Shown here piece by piece: positions 1 through 22,077 of a stretch of 64,000 bases of DNA. Within the stretch, counting starts at the first letter, position 1, and the number at the start of each line of letters is the position of its first letter. Position numbers and translations under genes: made by a program. The notes below the pieces were generated by a model. It did no database searches and was not told the origin of the DNA. It was given only the letters and a program-made list of their open reading frames with translations. Origin of the DNA: Macrostomum lignano (Eukaryota); contig NIVC01002493.1 of assembly GCA_002269645.1 (NCBI GenBank), positions 1 through 64,000 on the forward strand, in the 5' to 3' direction.

Positions 1-139
1 TGTACTGTAGTGTGTTGAGAAGGAACTGTCAAAGGTCTCGACTGTCTTGTTGGATGTTAACTTGATGCCTACGAGAGATCAGGGTGCAGCTATGAATTTA
101 TGACATCATAAATTCCTACATGTCCATTTTTCAGAATCG

Positions 140-485
140 GTGTTGTCAGCGCTCATTTTGGCACCGCAGACACTCATTTTGGCGCGCAGACACTCATTTT
201 GGCGCCGCAGGAACTCATTTTGGCGTTGGCAGACACTCATTTTAGCGCCGCAGGCACTCATTTTAGCGCCGCAGGCACTCATTTTAGCGCCGCAGGCACT
301 CATTTTAGCATTGCATGCACTCATTTTAGCGCCACAGGCACTCATTTTAGTACCGCAGACACTCATTTTGGCGCCGCAGACACTCATTTTAGCGCCGCAG
401 ACACTCATTTTAGCGCCGCAGGCACTCATTTTAGCACCGCAAGCACTCATTTTAGCACCGCAAGCACTCATTTTAGCGCCACACT
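140..485. repeat. 21-bp minisatellite (GCAGGCACTCATTTTAGCGCC)
   Basis: About 16 tandem units; source of ORFs 106-606. Confidence 0.95.
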
Positions 486-1148
486 GAGCTTTCACACCAA
501 GCATCACTCGCCAGTCTCACTGCTAACTCACTCCAGAAAGCATTTCTTGGCTGTTTTAGCTAGAAAAAATTTCCAATCAACCTTTTGTTTTGCCATCTTT
601 AACTGAGTATTGCGTCGCGTGTTTAAAACGCTTCAGTCCTACTAATAGTAGCATAAATTTACCAATTAACGTTGGTACGCATGCAGCTTCACAACTAAAG
701 AAAAAACACAGATTTTCATTAAAGGTTCTTGTCGAATTTTTTAATTATGGACAGCTAATCCCCCAAAGACCCCCAGTTACGTGTTTCTTCCCGACTGTTG
801 TGGCTACTTTTGATTGACTGGCCTCTGGGTCCAAAGCTTCAATGTCCACTTAGTCTCTCTGCGCTGCGGTAGCTGCAGCATCGCGTGCCAGCTGCTGTGT
901 CGTCACAGTCTAATCAGAAGTGTCGCCTGCGTGTGCAGCAGTTGAGTCTGATTCCTCACTCTGCGCACGTCTGCAGTCTATAGAGCGTTGGCTTAACTGA
1001 ACTCAGCGAGGTAAGTCGGAGTCTGCAGTCAGCTTCATAATTATTAAGCGAAACTGCGTGTTGCTTCTGCTGAGTTAAAACCAAATCAGGATTGCTGTCG
1101 AGGGACTGAAAGACCTTGGAGATACGCCCACTGCTTGAAGTCGGCGTT

Positions 1149-1208
1149 TCATCCACTCAGGAGCGTCGCCATGGATTTTATTGTGGGGGGAGGAGGAAGC
1201 CAATAATC
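1149..1208 (-). CDS. Candidate terminal exon of the neuregulin-like gene (DYWLPPPPTIKSMATLLSG*)
   Basis: Acceptor gtacatgtag|GAT is in phase 0, matching the donor after exon 1927-1867. No homology support. Confidence 0.35.
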   Translation of the reverse strand, partial: DYWLPPPPTIKSMATLLSG

Positions 1209-1244
1209 CTACATGTACATTATTTTCACAATTTGTGTTCTCGG

Positions 1245-1590
1245 TGCTCATTTTGGCGCCGCAGGCACTCATTTTGGAGCCGCAGGCACTCATTTTGGCG
1301 CCGCAGGCACTCATTTTGGCGCCGCAGGCACTCATTTTGGCACAGCAGGCACTCATTTTGGCACAGCAGGCACTCATTTTAGCACCGCAGGCACTCATTT
1401 TAGCACTGCAGGCACTCATTTTAGCACCGCAGGCACTCATTTTAGCACCGCAGACACTCATTTTGGCACAGCAGGCACTCATTTTAGCGCCGCAGGCACT
1501 CATTTTGGCACAGCAGGCACTCATTTTGGCACAGCAGGCACTCATTTTAGCACCGCAGGCACTCATTTTAGCGCCGCAGGCACTCATTTT
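1245..1590. repeat. 21-bp minisatellite, same family as 140-485
   Basis: Unit GCAGGCACTCATTTT(G/A)GC(G/A)CC. Confidence 0.95.
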
Positions 1591-1866
1591 GTCCCCCTGA
1601 AGCAAAATCTTGATTTCCATAACGGTTCACAAAGTTGGGTGAGGGGTAGGGGGGGGGGCAAAGCATTGGCATGCCCCATAGCTTTTACTGGCGGGGGACC
1701 CTGCGATCACTACACATTTTTCTTGCATTTTTCTGGTCGGCGTCCAATATCTATTCAGTTGTCTCTGTTTCAAATCTTCTCATTACAGAACTACATAACT
1801 AAATTCTACCTCAGCTCCGATTCAAATTTGCAAACATGCGGCTAAGCTAGGGCCACTTGAACAAAC

Positions 1867-10340
<8,474 letters not shown>

Positions 10341-10394
10341 CTGCCAAGTTGAAGTTGAGGGTTATTCTTGTTTGGATCTTCAATCTTTGATATT

Positions 10395-10985
10395 CAGTCA
10401 GATGTACATCGGAAATGTTTGTTGCTCAGTCAGATGTACATTCTCAGTGTTTGTTGCTCATTCAGGTGTACATCCTCAATGCTTGTCATTTAGTCAGATG
10501 TACATCCTCAATGTTTGTCATTCAGTCAGATGTACATCCTCAATGTTTGTTATTCAGTCAGATATGTACATCCCCAATGTTTGTCATTAAGTCAGATGTA
10601 CATCGGTACATCCTCAATGTTTGCCACTCAGTCAGATGTACATCCTCAATGTTTGCCACTCAGTCAGATGTACATCCTCAATGTTTGCCACTCAGTCAGA
10701 TGTACATCCTCAATGTTTGCCACTCAGTCAGATGTACATCCTCAATTTTTGTCGCTCAGTCAGATGTACATCCGCAATGTTTGTCGCTCAGTCAGATGTA
10801 CATCCTCAATGTTTGTTGCTCAGTCAGGTGTATATCCTCAATGTTTGTCATTCAGTCAGGTGTACATCCTCAATGTTTGTCGCTCAGTCAGGTGTACATC
10901 CTCAATGTTTGTCATTCAGTCAGGTGTACATTCTCAATGTTTGTCACTCAGTCAGATGTACATCCGCAATGTTTATTACTCCTAA
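10395..10985. repeat. 32-bp minisatellite (CAGTCAGATGTACATCCTCAATGTTTGCCACT)
   Basis: Period of 32 read directly. Confidence 0.95.
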
Positions 10986-11379
10986 GTATGAGTACATCCA
11001 GGGTATTTGAAGACTTGAACAAATGCCAGGGTATCTAGAAAAGAAATTTAGGCCATTCTTAATCTCCTAGAAAGAAGTTTATTGTCAAAATCGAAAAATG
11101 TAAAAAGACCTTCAGCTTAACGATAAGCCTCTCTCTGGTTCAGCGAAGCAGTGGGAAATTATATTCGATGCTTGAACAGGTGAAGCGCGACCATAACTTT
11201 TGGCTGTTACTCTAATCCCCTCCTGCATCATGTCGGATATCTCTGTCTGATCTTAATTCACTCCGATATCTCATCTCCATGTCTATATAATATATTCTAC
11301 ACAGATTTCTCCGATTTTTAGTCGGTATAGTGAATCGCTCTGCTCTCTAATCTCACTGATATCTTATGTATAATTTATT

Positions 11380-11820
11380 TCTGATATCTAATCTATCCAA
11401 TTTCTAATCCATCTGATGTCTAATCTATCTGATATGTAATCTATCTAATATCTAATATATCCGATATCTAATCTATCTGATATCTAATCTATCTGATGTC
11501 TAATCTATCTGATATCTAATCTATCTGATATCTAATCTATCTGATATCTAATCTATCTGATATCTAATCCATCTGATGTCTAATCTATCTGATATCTAAT
11601 CCATCTGATATCTAATCCATCTGATGTCTAATCTATCTGATATCTAATTCATCTGATATCTAATCTATCCTAATATCTCTAATATCTCTGATGTTTAATC
11701 TTTTTTCTAGTGAATAATCTAATCTAATCTTTTCTAGTCATATCTAATCTATCTGATATCTAATCTATCTGATATCTAATGTATCCCGTGTCTAATCTCT
11801 CTGATGTCTAATCTCTTTTC
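11380..11820. repeat. 16-bp minisatellite (TCTAATCTATCTGATA)
   Basis: Tandem units. Confidence 0.9.
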
Positions 11821-11963
11821 TAGTCGATAATCTCTATCCATTACTCAATGAAAACTCTGCCATCTGTCTCCAATCCTGAATCCCTTTTTGATATCTGAAT
11901 TCCAGAAGATCCTCAATTAACGATGCTCAGTCCATCCGATCTGATGTCAGGGAAAAAGTTTAC

Positions 11964-12212
11964 CTTTAAAAAGGCTCCAGAAAATGTGCACGAATTGACC
12001 GTCAGTTGAGCCCTTGCTTGCCGGTAAGACATGGGGCGAGCTGGAGGAATCTGTGTCTGGGTTAACTTCTACCAACATGCTTTCTCCTCCGAATACTAGA
12101 ACTGTTTGAGAACAGGATTCTTCAACTATAGGCGACACCTCTCTGCAGTGTACTCTTGCAATAAATATCCCATAGGAGAGGGAAAAATCTTCTTGATGGG
12201 GATTGGATGCCG
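11964..12212 (-). CDS. Candidate upstream exon of the neuregulin-like gene
   Basis: Open phase 1-1 exon (ASNPHQEDFSLSYGIFIARVHCREVSPIVEESCSQTVLVFGG...HIFWSLFK). Donor AAAG|gtaaac is in phase with the first Ig exon. Acceptor is weak. Confidence 0.45.
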
Positions 12213-12344
12213 CTGTTGGCTGGATGCTGGCTTGGAGTTGAGTCGAAATTTCAGTTGTTCAAATAATCACAGCTGCATAGGGTGCAAAGGATAGGATCCA
12301 TGGCGTTTTGAGTGATGAAGATCTAGTTCAGTGTTACTATCCAA

Positions 12345-13370
12345 TCAAATATAGCGCCAAAATTACATTAAATGTAGCGCCAAAATCAGATCAAATCTAG
12401 CGCAAAAATCAGATCAAATGTAGCGCCAATATCAGATCAAATCTAGTGCAAAAATCAGATCAAATCTAGTGCAAAAATCAGATCAAATGTAGCGCAAAAA
12501 TCAGATCAAATTTAGCGCCAAAATCAGTTCAAATTTAGCGCCAAAATCAGATCAAATCTAGCGCCAAAATCAGATCAAATGTAGCGCCAATATCAGATCA
12601 AATCTAGTGCAAAAATCAGATCAAATCTAGTGCAAAAATCAGATCAAATGTAGCGCCAAAATCGGATCAAATGTAGCGCCAAAATCATATTAAATGTAGC
12701 GCCAAAATCAGATCAAATGTAGCGCCAATATCAGATCAAATCTAGTGCAAAAATCAGATCAAATCTAGTGCAAAAATCAGATCAAATCTAGTGCAAAAAT
12801 CAGATCAAATGTAGCGCAAAAATCAGATCAAATTTAGCGCCAAAATCAGTTCAAATTTAGCGCCAAAATCAGATCAAATCTAGCGCCAAAATCAGATCAA
12901 ATGTAGCGCCAATATCAGATCAAATCTAGTGCAAAAATCAGATCAAATCTAGTGCAAAAATCAGATCAAATGTAGCGCCAAAATCGGATCAAATGTAGCG
13001 CCAAAATCATATTAAATGTAGCGCCAAAATAAAAATCAAATTTAGCGCCAAAATCAGATCAAATGTAGCGCCAAAATCAGTTCAAATGTAGCGCCAAAAT
13101 CAGTTCAAATTTAGCGACAAAATCAGATCAAATGTAGCGCCAAAATCGGATCAAATGTAGCGCCAAAATCAGTTCAAATTTAGCGAAAAAATCAGTTCAA
13201 ATTTAGCGACAAAATCAGATCAAACTTAGCGCCAAAATCAGATCAAATTTAGCGCCAAAATCGGACCAAATTTAGCGCCAAAATCATATCAAATTTAGCG
13301 CCAAAATGAGATCAAATTTAGCGCCAAAATCAGATCAAATTTAGCGCCGAAATCAGATCAAATTTAGTGT
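12345..13370. repeat. 23-bp minisatellite (TAGCGCCAAAATCAGATCAAATG)
   Basis: About 44 tandem units; GCGCCAAAAT core. Confidence 0.96.
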
Positions 13371-13473
13371 CAAATCAAGTTCAATTTAACTCTGAACTAG
13401 CACTAGACCGTAGCGCCTAGCAGATAGCAAATACCTGCACAGCAAACAAGCGAGTAAAAAATGATTGCCTCAC

Positions 13474-13560
13474 CAACAAACTCAAAATTTGATGCTCCTT
13501 GATTCCGGAATTTTTCCGTGAATTTCATCGCCACAATTGTTTTACTAAGCCGGGATAAAA
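13474..13560 (-). CDS. Candidate upstream exon of the neuregulin-like gene
   Basis: cactttcag|...|gtgagg; 87 bp, phase 1-1, open (LSRLSKTIVAMKFTEKFRNQGASNFEFV). Confidence 0.35.
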
Positions 13561-13939
13561 CTGAAAGTGCTGTCCTGCGAGTCAGTTTTGTCTGGACATT
13601 TTGTCAAGCTTTTTCTTAAGCTACTCACGTACAACTACAAGAGTTATAATCTATGTAGCCAACCAATTGACAACCACTATATAATCAAGCACTGACCGGG
13701 TCTGAGGGCGGAGCACCAGGTGCAAGCGGGTTGAGAGGCAAAGATCGAAGACAATTGAAGAGAATTAGCTTTGGTAACAACATTTATTTTGTGTAGCTTT
13801 TGAACACGATTACTTGTAGTCTAGCAGCTAACATGTAGTTTGAGTGGAGAGATTAGCGAAGCAACTTTGCGTATTACGCGTCAGGTTTAATAAACGATTT
13901 TTATCTTGAGCATTATGGCGAAAATCGATTCTTATTCTT

Positions 13940-14890
13940 AGGAGAGGAGAGGAGAGGAGAGGAGAGGAGAGGAGAGGAGAGGAGAGGAGAGGAGAGAAGA
14001 GGAGAGGAGAGAAGAGGAGAGGAGAGGAGAGGAGAGGAGAGGAGATGAGAGGAGAGGAGATGAGAGGAGAGGAGAGGAGAGGAGAGGAGAGGAGAGGAGA
14101 GGAGAGGAGAGGAGAGGAGAGGAGAGGAGAGGAGAGGAGAGGAGAGGAGAGGAGAGGAGAGGAGAGGAGAGGAGAGGAGAGGAGAGGAGAGGAGAGGAGA
14201 GAAGAGAAGAGGAGAGGAGAGGACAGGAGAGGAGAGGAGAGGACAGGAGAGGAGAGAAGAAGAGAGGAGAGGAGAGGAGAGAACAGGAGAGGAGAGGAGA
14301 AGAGAGGAGAGGAGAGGAGAAGAGAGGAGAGGAGAGGAGAGGAGAGGACAGGAGAGGAGAGGAGAGGACAGGAGAGGAGAGGAGAAGAGAGGAGAGGAGA
14401 GGAGAGAACAGGAGAGGAGAGGAGAAGAGAGGAGAGGAGAGGAGAAGAGAGGAGAGGAGAGGAGAGGAGAGGAGAGGAGAGGAGAGGAGAAAAGAGGAGA
14501 GGAGAGGAGAGGAGAGGACAGGAGAGGAGAGGAGAAGAGAGGAGAGGAGAGGAGAAGAGAGGACAGGAGAGGAGAGGAGAGGAGAGGACAGGAGAGAAGA
14601 GGAGAGGAGAGGACAGGAGAGGAGAGGAGAGGACAGGAGAGGAGAGGAGAAGAGAGGAGAGGAGAGGAGAAGAGAGGACAGGAGAGGAGAGGAGAGGAGA
14701 GGACAGGAGAGAAGAGGAGAGGAGAGGACAGGAGAGGAGAGGAGAGGACAGGAGAGAAGAGGAGAGGAGAGGAGAGGAGAGCAGAGGAGAGGAGAGGAGA
14801 GGAGAGGACAGGAGAGGAGAGGAGAGGGGAGGAGAGAAGAGGAGAGGAGAGGAGAGGGGAGGAGAGGAGAGGAGAGGAGAGGAGAGGAGA
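13940..14890. repeat. (AGGAG)n pentamer satellite
   Basis: About 950-bp polypurine run. Confidence 0.98.
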
Positions 14891-15529
14891 TTTGTGCTGG
14901 GAAGATCGGGGACACGGTCAGGATGCCACCCATTTGCAGAATTTCGTGACCCAATTAAATTTGAAAAGAAGAGCAACGGTAATTTGACTGAAATGCCCCA
15001 TGCTTTTTAAATCGTTAAAAAAACGAAGACTTGCTCAACCATTTTTATAACCTTTTTTAAGAAAAAACTGCTAATACGCAATACTTTTGCTTAAGCATAT
15101 TTTCTAAGCACTTCTAAAAAAGTAAAAAAGTACTTAACTACAATACAAAGATGCTTATATTCTTGAACAAGCAGCCCATTGAATGGTCGATTTTATGCGA
15201 GCATGAACAAAGGATCCTGATCAGAAGAATAATGCTCAATGAGTTGCAAGGACTATCAAATTGGTCAGGTCACGTAGATAGATGACAATGGGGTGTCAGA
15301 TAGAGTTTACAAAAAAATCGACCCTTGAGACTTAAATAAGAAGGACTAAGGATGTAGAAATGGGAGATTGGAAACAATGGGGAGGCAAGCCAAGACTCAA
15401 GGCGCTCATAAGGTGGAGCAGCCTTGGCATGAGAATTTGAGACTTGAGTTCCTAATCGATTGACTTTGGCCCTGAGCGTACTTGGGGCATTGAAGGAAAC
15501 AAAGAACTGACTGCTATTGTATATAGTAT

Positions 15530-16105
15530 GAGGGATCAGAATGGATTGCTAATCTATTGAGCCACAATATGGATGAAGGATTAGAGTGGATTGCTAATCT
15601 ATTGAGCCACAATATGGATGAAGGATTAGAGTGGATTGCTAATCTATTAAGACAATATGGATGAAGGATTAGAGTGGATTGCTAATCTACTGAGTCACAA
15701 TATGGATGAAGGATTAGAGAGGATTGCTAATCTATTGAGACACAATATGGATGAAGGATTAGAGTGGATTGCTAATCTATTGAGTCACAATATGGATGAA
15801 GGACTAGAGTGGATTGCTAATCTATTAAGTCATAATATGGATGAAGGATTAGAGTGGATTGCTAATCTATTGAGCCACAATATGGATGAAGGACTAGAGT
15901 GGATTGCTAATCTATTAAGTCACAATATGGATGAAGGACTAGAGTGGATTGCTAATCTATTGAGACACAATATGGATGAAGGACTAGAGTGGATTGCTAA
16001 TCTACTGAGTCACAATATGGATGAGGGATTAGAGTGGATTTCTAATCCATTGAGACACAATATGGATGAGGGATTAGAGTGGATTGCTAATCTATTGAGA
16101 CACAA
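15530..16105. repeat. 45-bp minisatellite (ATGGATGAAGGATTAGAGTGGATTGCTAATCTATTGAGCCACAAT)
   Basis: About 12 units; source of the MDEGLEWIANLLSHN pseudo-ORF. Confidence 0.96.
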
Positions 16106-16309
16106 AATGAGACTGTCTCAAAATGATAATCGATTGAGACTGTAAAATCTATTGAGTCTCTTGACTGTCAACAAAAATAATTAACAAAATTCACACCGAT
16201 CTACTTATGAGTAGCAAGCAAAGCATTCAGATTGATATTCTTTGTACAGTAAAGTTATAATTATTTTACAGTAAAAAAGCTATTTTATTTTAAACCCTTA
16301 AGATCTTCT

Positions 16310-17572
16310 ACTCAACTTTAATCCCCTACCAAACCCTTCAACCCGTCTACTCAAACCCTGCAACCCTTATACTCGAACCCTTCAATCCCCCTACTCAAAC
16401 CCTCAACCCCCCTACTCAACCCCTTCAACCGCCCTACTCAAGCCCTTCAACCCTCCTATTCAAATCCTTAAACCCCCCTACTGAAACCCCTCAACTCTCC
16501 TACTCAAATCCTTCAACCCCCTACTCAAACCCTTCAACCCTCCTACTCAAACCCTTCAACCCCCTACTCAAACCCTTCAACCCTCCTACTCAAACCCTTC
16601 AACCTCCTACTCAAACCCTTCAACCCTCCTACTCAAACCCTTCAACCCCCTACTCAAACCCTTCAACTCTCCTACTCAAACTCTCAATCCTCTACTCAAA
16701 CCCTTTAACTCTCCTACTCAAACCCTCAACCCCGTACTCAAACCCTCAACCCCCTACTCAAACCCTTCAACCCCGTACTCAAATCCTTCAACCTCCTACT
16801 CAAACCCTTCAACCCTCCTACTCAAACCCTTCAACCCGTCTATTCAAACCCTTCAACCCTCCTACTCAAACCCTTCAACCCCCTACTCAAACCCTTCAAC
16901 CTCCCTACTCAAACCCTTCAACCCCCCTACTGAAACCCTTCAACTCTCCTACTCAAACTCTCAACCCCCTACTCAAACCCTTCAACTCTTCTACTCAAAC
17001 TCTCAACCCCCCTACTGAAACCCTTCAACTCTCCTACTCAAACTCTCAATCCTCTACTCAAACCCTTCAACTCTCCTACTCAAACCCTCAACCCCCTACT
17101 CAAACCCTCAACCCCCTACTCAAACCCTTCAACCCCGTACTCAAATCCTTCAACCTCCTACTCAAACCCTTCAACCCTCCTACTCAAACCCTTCAACCCG
17201 TCTATTCAAACCCTTCAACCTCCTACTCAAACCCTTCAACCCCCTACTCAAACCCTTCAACCTCCCTACTCAAACCCTTCAACCCCCCTACTGAAACCCT
17301 TCAACTCTCCTACTCAAACTCTCAACCCCCTACTCAAACCCTTCAACTCTTCTACTCAAACTCTCAACCCCCTACTCAAACCCTCAACCCGTCTATTCAA
17401 ACCCTTCAACCCCCTACTCAAACCATTCAACTCTCCTACTCAAACCCTCAATCCCCTACTCAAACCCTTCAACTCTCCTACTCAAACCCTCAACCCCCTA
17501 CTCAAACCCTTCAACTCTCCTACTCAAACCCTTAACCCCCTACTCAAACCCTTCAACTCTCCTACTCAAACC
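16310..17572. repeat. 22-23 bp minisatellite (CCTACTCAAACCCTTCAACCC[T]C)
   Basis: Tandem units with a block duplication. Confidence 0.95.
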
Positions 17573-17861
17573 TATCAGTTTCTTTGCTCAACCCGTCAAC
17601 ACAGTGGATTGCAGCTGTACTAAAACCTGCCTAAATCCAACACAAGTGGGGATTAGCGAGTTGCTGACAAGATTGACAAGGGCATTTTATCCTGCCAGCC
17701 CGGCAATATTCATGACTGCTCTGCTTGCGATTATCGGGTAGAAACTTTCTTAACACCCAATCGGGCATTGTGGGAACCGGAGCCGGGATGTGCAAGCTGC
17801 GGAAATTTCTGCCAGAGTTTTTCACGCCACAACACAGGGTTAACGGATTTATATTTTTACA

Positions 17862-18540
17862 GTTTCAGCACACTCTGACACCCAGTTTCAGCACCTACTG
17901 ACACCCAGTTTCAGCACCTACTGACACCCAGTTTCAGCACACTCTGACACCCAGTTTCAGCACCTACTGACACCCAGTTTCAGCACCTACTGACACCCAG
18001 TTTCAGCACACTCTGACACCCAGTTTCAGCACCTACTGACACCCAGTTTCAGCACCTACTGACACCCAGTTTCAGCACCTACTGACACCCAGTTTCAGCA
18101 CCTACTGACACCCAGTTTCAGCACCTACTGACACCCAGTTTCAGCACCTACTGACACCCAGTTTCAGCACACTCTGACACCCAGTTTCAGCACCTACTGA
18201 AACACAGTTTCAGCACCTACTGACACACAGTTTCAGCACCTACTGACACCCAGTTTCAGCACCTACTGACACCCAGTTTCAGCACCTACTGACACCCAGT
18301 TTCAGCACCTACTGACACCCAGTTTCAGCACCTACTGACACCCAGTTTCAGCACACTCTGACACCCAGTTTCAGCACCTACTGACACACAGTTTCAGCAC
18401 CTACTGACACCCAGTTTCAGCACCTACTGAAACACAGTTTCAGCACCTACTGACACCCAGTTTCAGCACCTACTGAAACACAGTTTCAGCACCTACTGAC
18501 ACCCAGTTTCAGCACCTACTGACACCCAGTTTCAGCACTC
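17862..18540. repeat. 23-bp minisatellite (CTGACACCCAGTTTCAGCACCTA)
   Basis: Period of 23. Confidence 0.97.
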
Positions 18541-18869
18541 TCTAATAGGATGAGAATAGGGTTGGAAGCGAATATCGGGATGATAGAACCCCACCCAGGT
18601 CAAAATATTTCAGACTATTATAACCCTAAGACTGACAGATGTGGCAATCCATATATTGCAAAATACGCATGCGCACCCTTCATGCGTGACATTTTGCATC
18701 AATCAATACTGTCGCGGATTTTATATATAGACCTAAAAATCTTTAAAGGAACATCAAAGGGTGTTTTTTTTATTGTCTTCTATGCAAAAAATAGATGAAA
18801 TTGTTGTCGGAGAACACATAGTATGACGATTTTAGTTGCTAAGTAAAAATTATGGCTAAAAGGATATAC

Positions 18870-19535
18870 TGGGAGAGGAGATGCTGGGAGAGGAGATGCT
18901 GGGAGAGGAGATGCTGGGAGAGGAGATGCTGGGAGAGGAGATGCTGGGAGAGGAGATTCTGGGAGAGGAGATGCTGAGAGAGGAGATGCTGAGAGAGGAG
19001 ATGCTGAGAGAGGAGATGCTGAGAGAGGAGATGCTGGGAGAGAAGATGCTGAGAGAGGAGATGCTGAGAGAGGAGATGCTGGAAGAGGAGACACTGGGAG
19101 AGGAGATGCTGAGAGAGAAGATGCTGGAAGAGGAGACACTGGTAGAGGAGACACTGGGAGAGGAGATGCTGAGAGAGGAGATGCTGGAAGAGGAGACACT
19201 GGGAGAGGAGACACTGGGAGAGGAGATGCTGGGAGAGGAGATGCTGGGAGAGGAGATGCTGGGAGAGGAGATGCTGGGAGAGGAGATGCTGGGAGAGGAG
19301 ACACTGGGAGAGGAGATGCTGAGAGAGGAGATGCTGGAAGAGGAGACACTGGGAGAGGAGACACTGGGAGAGGAGATGCTGGGAGAGGAGATGCTGGGAG
19401 AGGAGATGCTGAGAGAGGAGATGCTGGGAGAGGAGATGCTGGGAGAGGAGATGCTGAGAGAGGAGATGCTGAGAGAGGAGATGCTGAGAGAGGAGACACT
19501 GGGAGAGGAGACACTGGGAGAGGAGACACTGGGTA
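18870..19535. repeat. 15-bp minisatellite (GGGAGAGGAGATGCT)
   Basis: Tandem units. Confidence 0.97.
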
Positions 19536-20024
19536 GGAAAGACTCGAACTCCTGTTCAGAGAAAGGCCAAGCAATGTATTAGAGAACATTAAAGGCGAAA
19601 CTGTTATAAAAGCGAGAGGAGAAAAGGCAAAGAGAGAAAATTCCTGGCAACCCGCTGAAACCATGAACAGTGGCTTGAGGCTGCCTGAGCGCGACTTCCT
19701 GACCTCTGGAGGTGGGAGAGTATTAGGAATGAAGAAGATTCCAGCCTTTTTAGAAGGTATTCTTTCGTTCTGTCGACCCTCATCTGTCTGGCGTTTTTTA
19801 CTGACATACGCCACTTCAAATTCTGCAAAGAAATGCGCCACGATTAGAAAAGTTGGGCCCAATAAAAATAGATCGATAGTGAATAGATGATGGAGACAGA
19901 GGCTGTGCTAAGCCAGCAGGTGCGCCAGCGGTCTTGAGACTGTTTAAAGTGCTACTGCAGGCTTGGCTGCTATCGACTTTCTCTTCTTTGTTTTCCATTT
20001 GTGTCAGCGGTTAGAGAGAGAACC

Positions 20025-20360
20025 AGGGGAAGAGGGGAGAGAGGGCGAGGGAGAGGGAGAGTGAAAGAGGCAGAAGCAGAGGGAAAAGTAGAGGGAGAGG
20101 GAGAGGGAGAGATGAGGAGAGGAGGAGTGGAGAGAGAGAGGAGAGAGAAAGGGGGGAGAGAAGACGTAGAGATGAGAAAGGTTAGTGAGAGGAGAGGGAG
20201 AGAGGAGAGAGAGGTGAGAGGGGGTGAGAGGGAAAGACAGAGATGAGAGGGAGAGAGGAGAGAGAGGTGAGAGGGAGATGAGAGAGAGAGAGACAGAGAT
20301 GAGAGGGAAAGAGGAGAAAGAGGAAGAGTGAAGGAGGCAGAGAGGAGAGGGAGAGTGAAG
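20025..20360. repeat. GA-rich low-complexity tract
   Basis: Purine-only composition, irregular period. Confidence 0.85.
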
Positions 20361-20884
20361 GAGACTTTGGCACTTTAACGGAGCAGCAGTTGAGAAGGTT
20401 CTCTCAGCTACATGTATAACGAAGCCTCTCCTCTTAAAATGTATTTGAATAACAAGACTGGCCAGGTTGCCTGACTTCTCGCGAGCGCAGGGACGGCAGC
20501 TCTAATCTCATAGTCTATGACACACGCTCGTAGGATCATGGAAAATCTAAGCCAGCTAGCTAGTGTGCTCATAAATAGACTCAATTTAATCTCGGCAACT
20601 CTCGCTGAAGCTAAGGCTCAGGCTTATCAGCATGCCAGGGCGGGCGCCCGACTCCTGTGTTGGAGATGCACAATTTATGACTGTTGTTGTCTGCGGACAG
20701 TGAGTGGCCAGGGCAGCCTTTCGACCAGAATAAAATTCTGGTTGCAAGTTAGAAACTGTTTCAGCGAGTGAGCCATTGTAAAAGTTTTTTTGGAGCCTCA
20801 GATTCAAGTTATTCAGGTTCAAGCTATTTTAAGTTCTTTGAATTTAGCTGAAATTCAAAATCAATTCAGCTTTTTCTCTATTTT

Positions 20885-21390
20885 TAGACGGGAGGGGAGA
20901 GGGAGACGGAGATAGGGAGGGTTAGACGGGGATAGGGAGGGGTAGACGGGAGAGGGAGGGGCTGGCGGTATAGAGAGGGGAGACGAGAGAGGGAGGTTGG
21001 AGACGGGGAGAGCTCCGGAGGATGAGGAGAAGGAGAGGGAGACGGGGAAAGGGAGAGGGAGACGGGAGAGGGAGAGGTAGATGGGAGAGGGAGAGGGAGA
21101 CGGGGAGAGGGAGAGGGAGAGGGAGAGGGAGACGGGAGAGGGAGACGGGAGAGGGAGAGGGAGACGGGGAGAGGGAGAGGGAGAGGGAGAGTGAGAGGGA
21201 GAGGGAGAGGGAGACGGGGAGAGGGAGAGGGAGACGGGGAGAGGGAGAGGGAGACGGGGAGAGGGAGAGGGAGACGGGGAGAGGGAGAGGGAGACGGGGA
21301 GAGGGAGAGGGAGACGGGGAGAGGGAGAGGGAGACGGGGAGAGGGAGAGGGAGACGGGGAGGGGAGACGGAGAGGGGAAGGGAGGTGAGC
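20885..21390. repeat. GA-rich about 20-bp repeat (GAGAGGGAGAGGGAGACGGG)
   Basis: Tandem units. Confidence 0.9.
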
Positions 21391-22077
21391 TTAGACACTA
21401 TGAAAACAACTATCGGGAGACACGAGATACGTCGCAGTCTCCTAGACCGATGGACTAAAACAGTATACCTAACCGTGAACTAAAAGCAAGTACAGAGCCC
21501 AGCAGACAGCATCGCAATATTGAGATGAGACATGAAGCCACTGCTCAAATAATGAGAAGCAGCTACCTCAGTTACTTCGCTGTCGCATCAATTAAGGAGA
21601 GACCTACCATTACACATGCTGTCTTGAGTGCACTGTGCGAGACAAGTAGGGGCTGGTGGTGACTGGGGGGGGGTCTCTCCCCATCTGTCTCTGTCTGTCA
21701 GCACGCTTGATTTGCCCGAGAAATTGCTTCGCAAAAGCAGATTTCAGTCTTTGGGTGAGTGGTACAGCTCAGGTCTCCATCAGCCGCATGTTTTTGCGCA
21801 AGGACCCGCTAGCTATAAGCAGAAATATGTTAAACCTCTGGCTGCCTCTCCACTTCACCTGGATTGGCAATGCGTCACCATGGCCAGTGCCGCTTTAATA
21901 TATTGAATATTGGCGAAGCTCAGGTGCCGATATTAATTTTCAAGCATTTGTCCTCGAAAGCTTTATTTTTGCAAAAATCAATCTGTTCCCGCTGGCTGGC
22001 AGTTTGAGGACAGATGAAGCTGCATGGGACTAAGAGTCTGGCGTAGCGGAGAGATTTTGCGTGTTATAAACTCAAGG

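Noticed and set aside
1075-1200. LINE reverse-transcriptase remnant (HNKIHGDAPEWM)
   Set aside because: Resemblance is limited to a few residues, with no RT motifs nearby.
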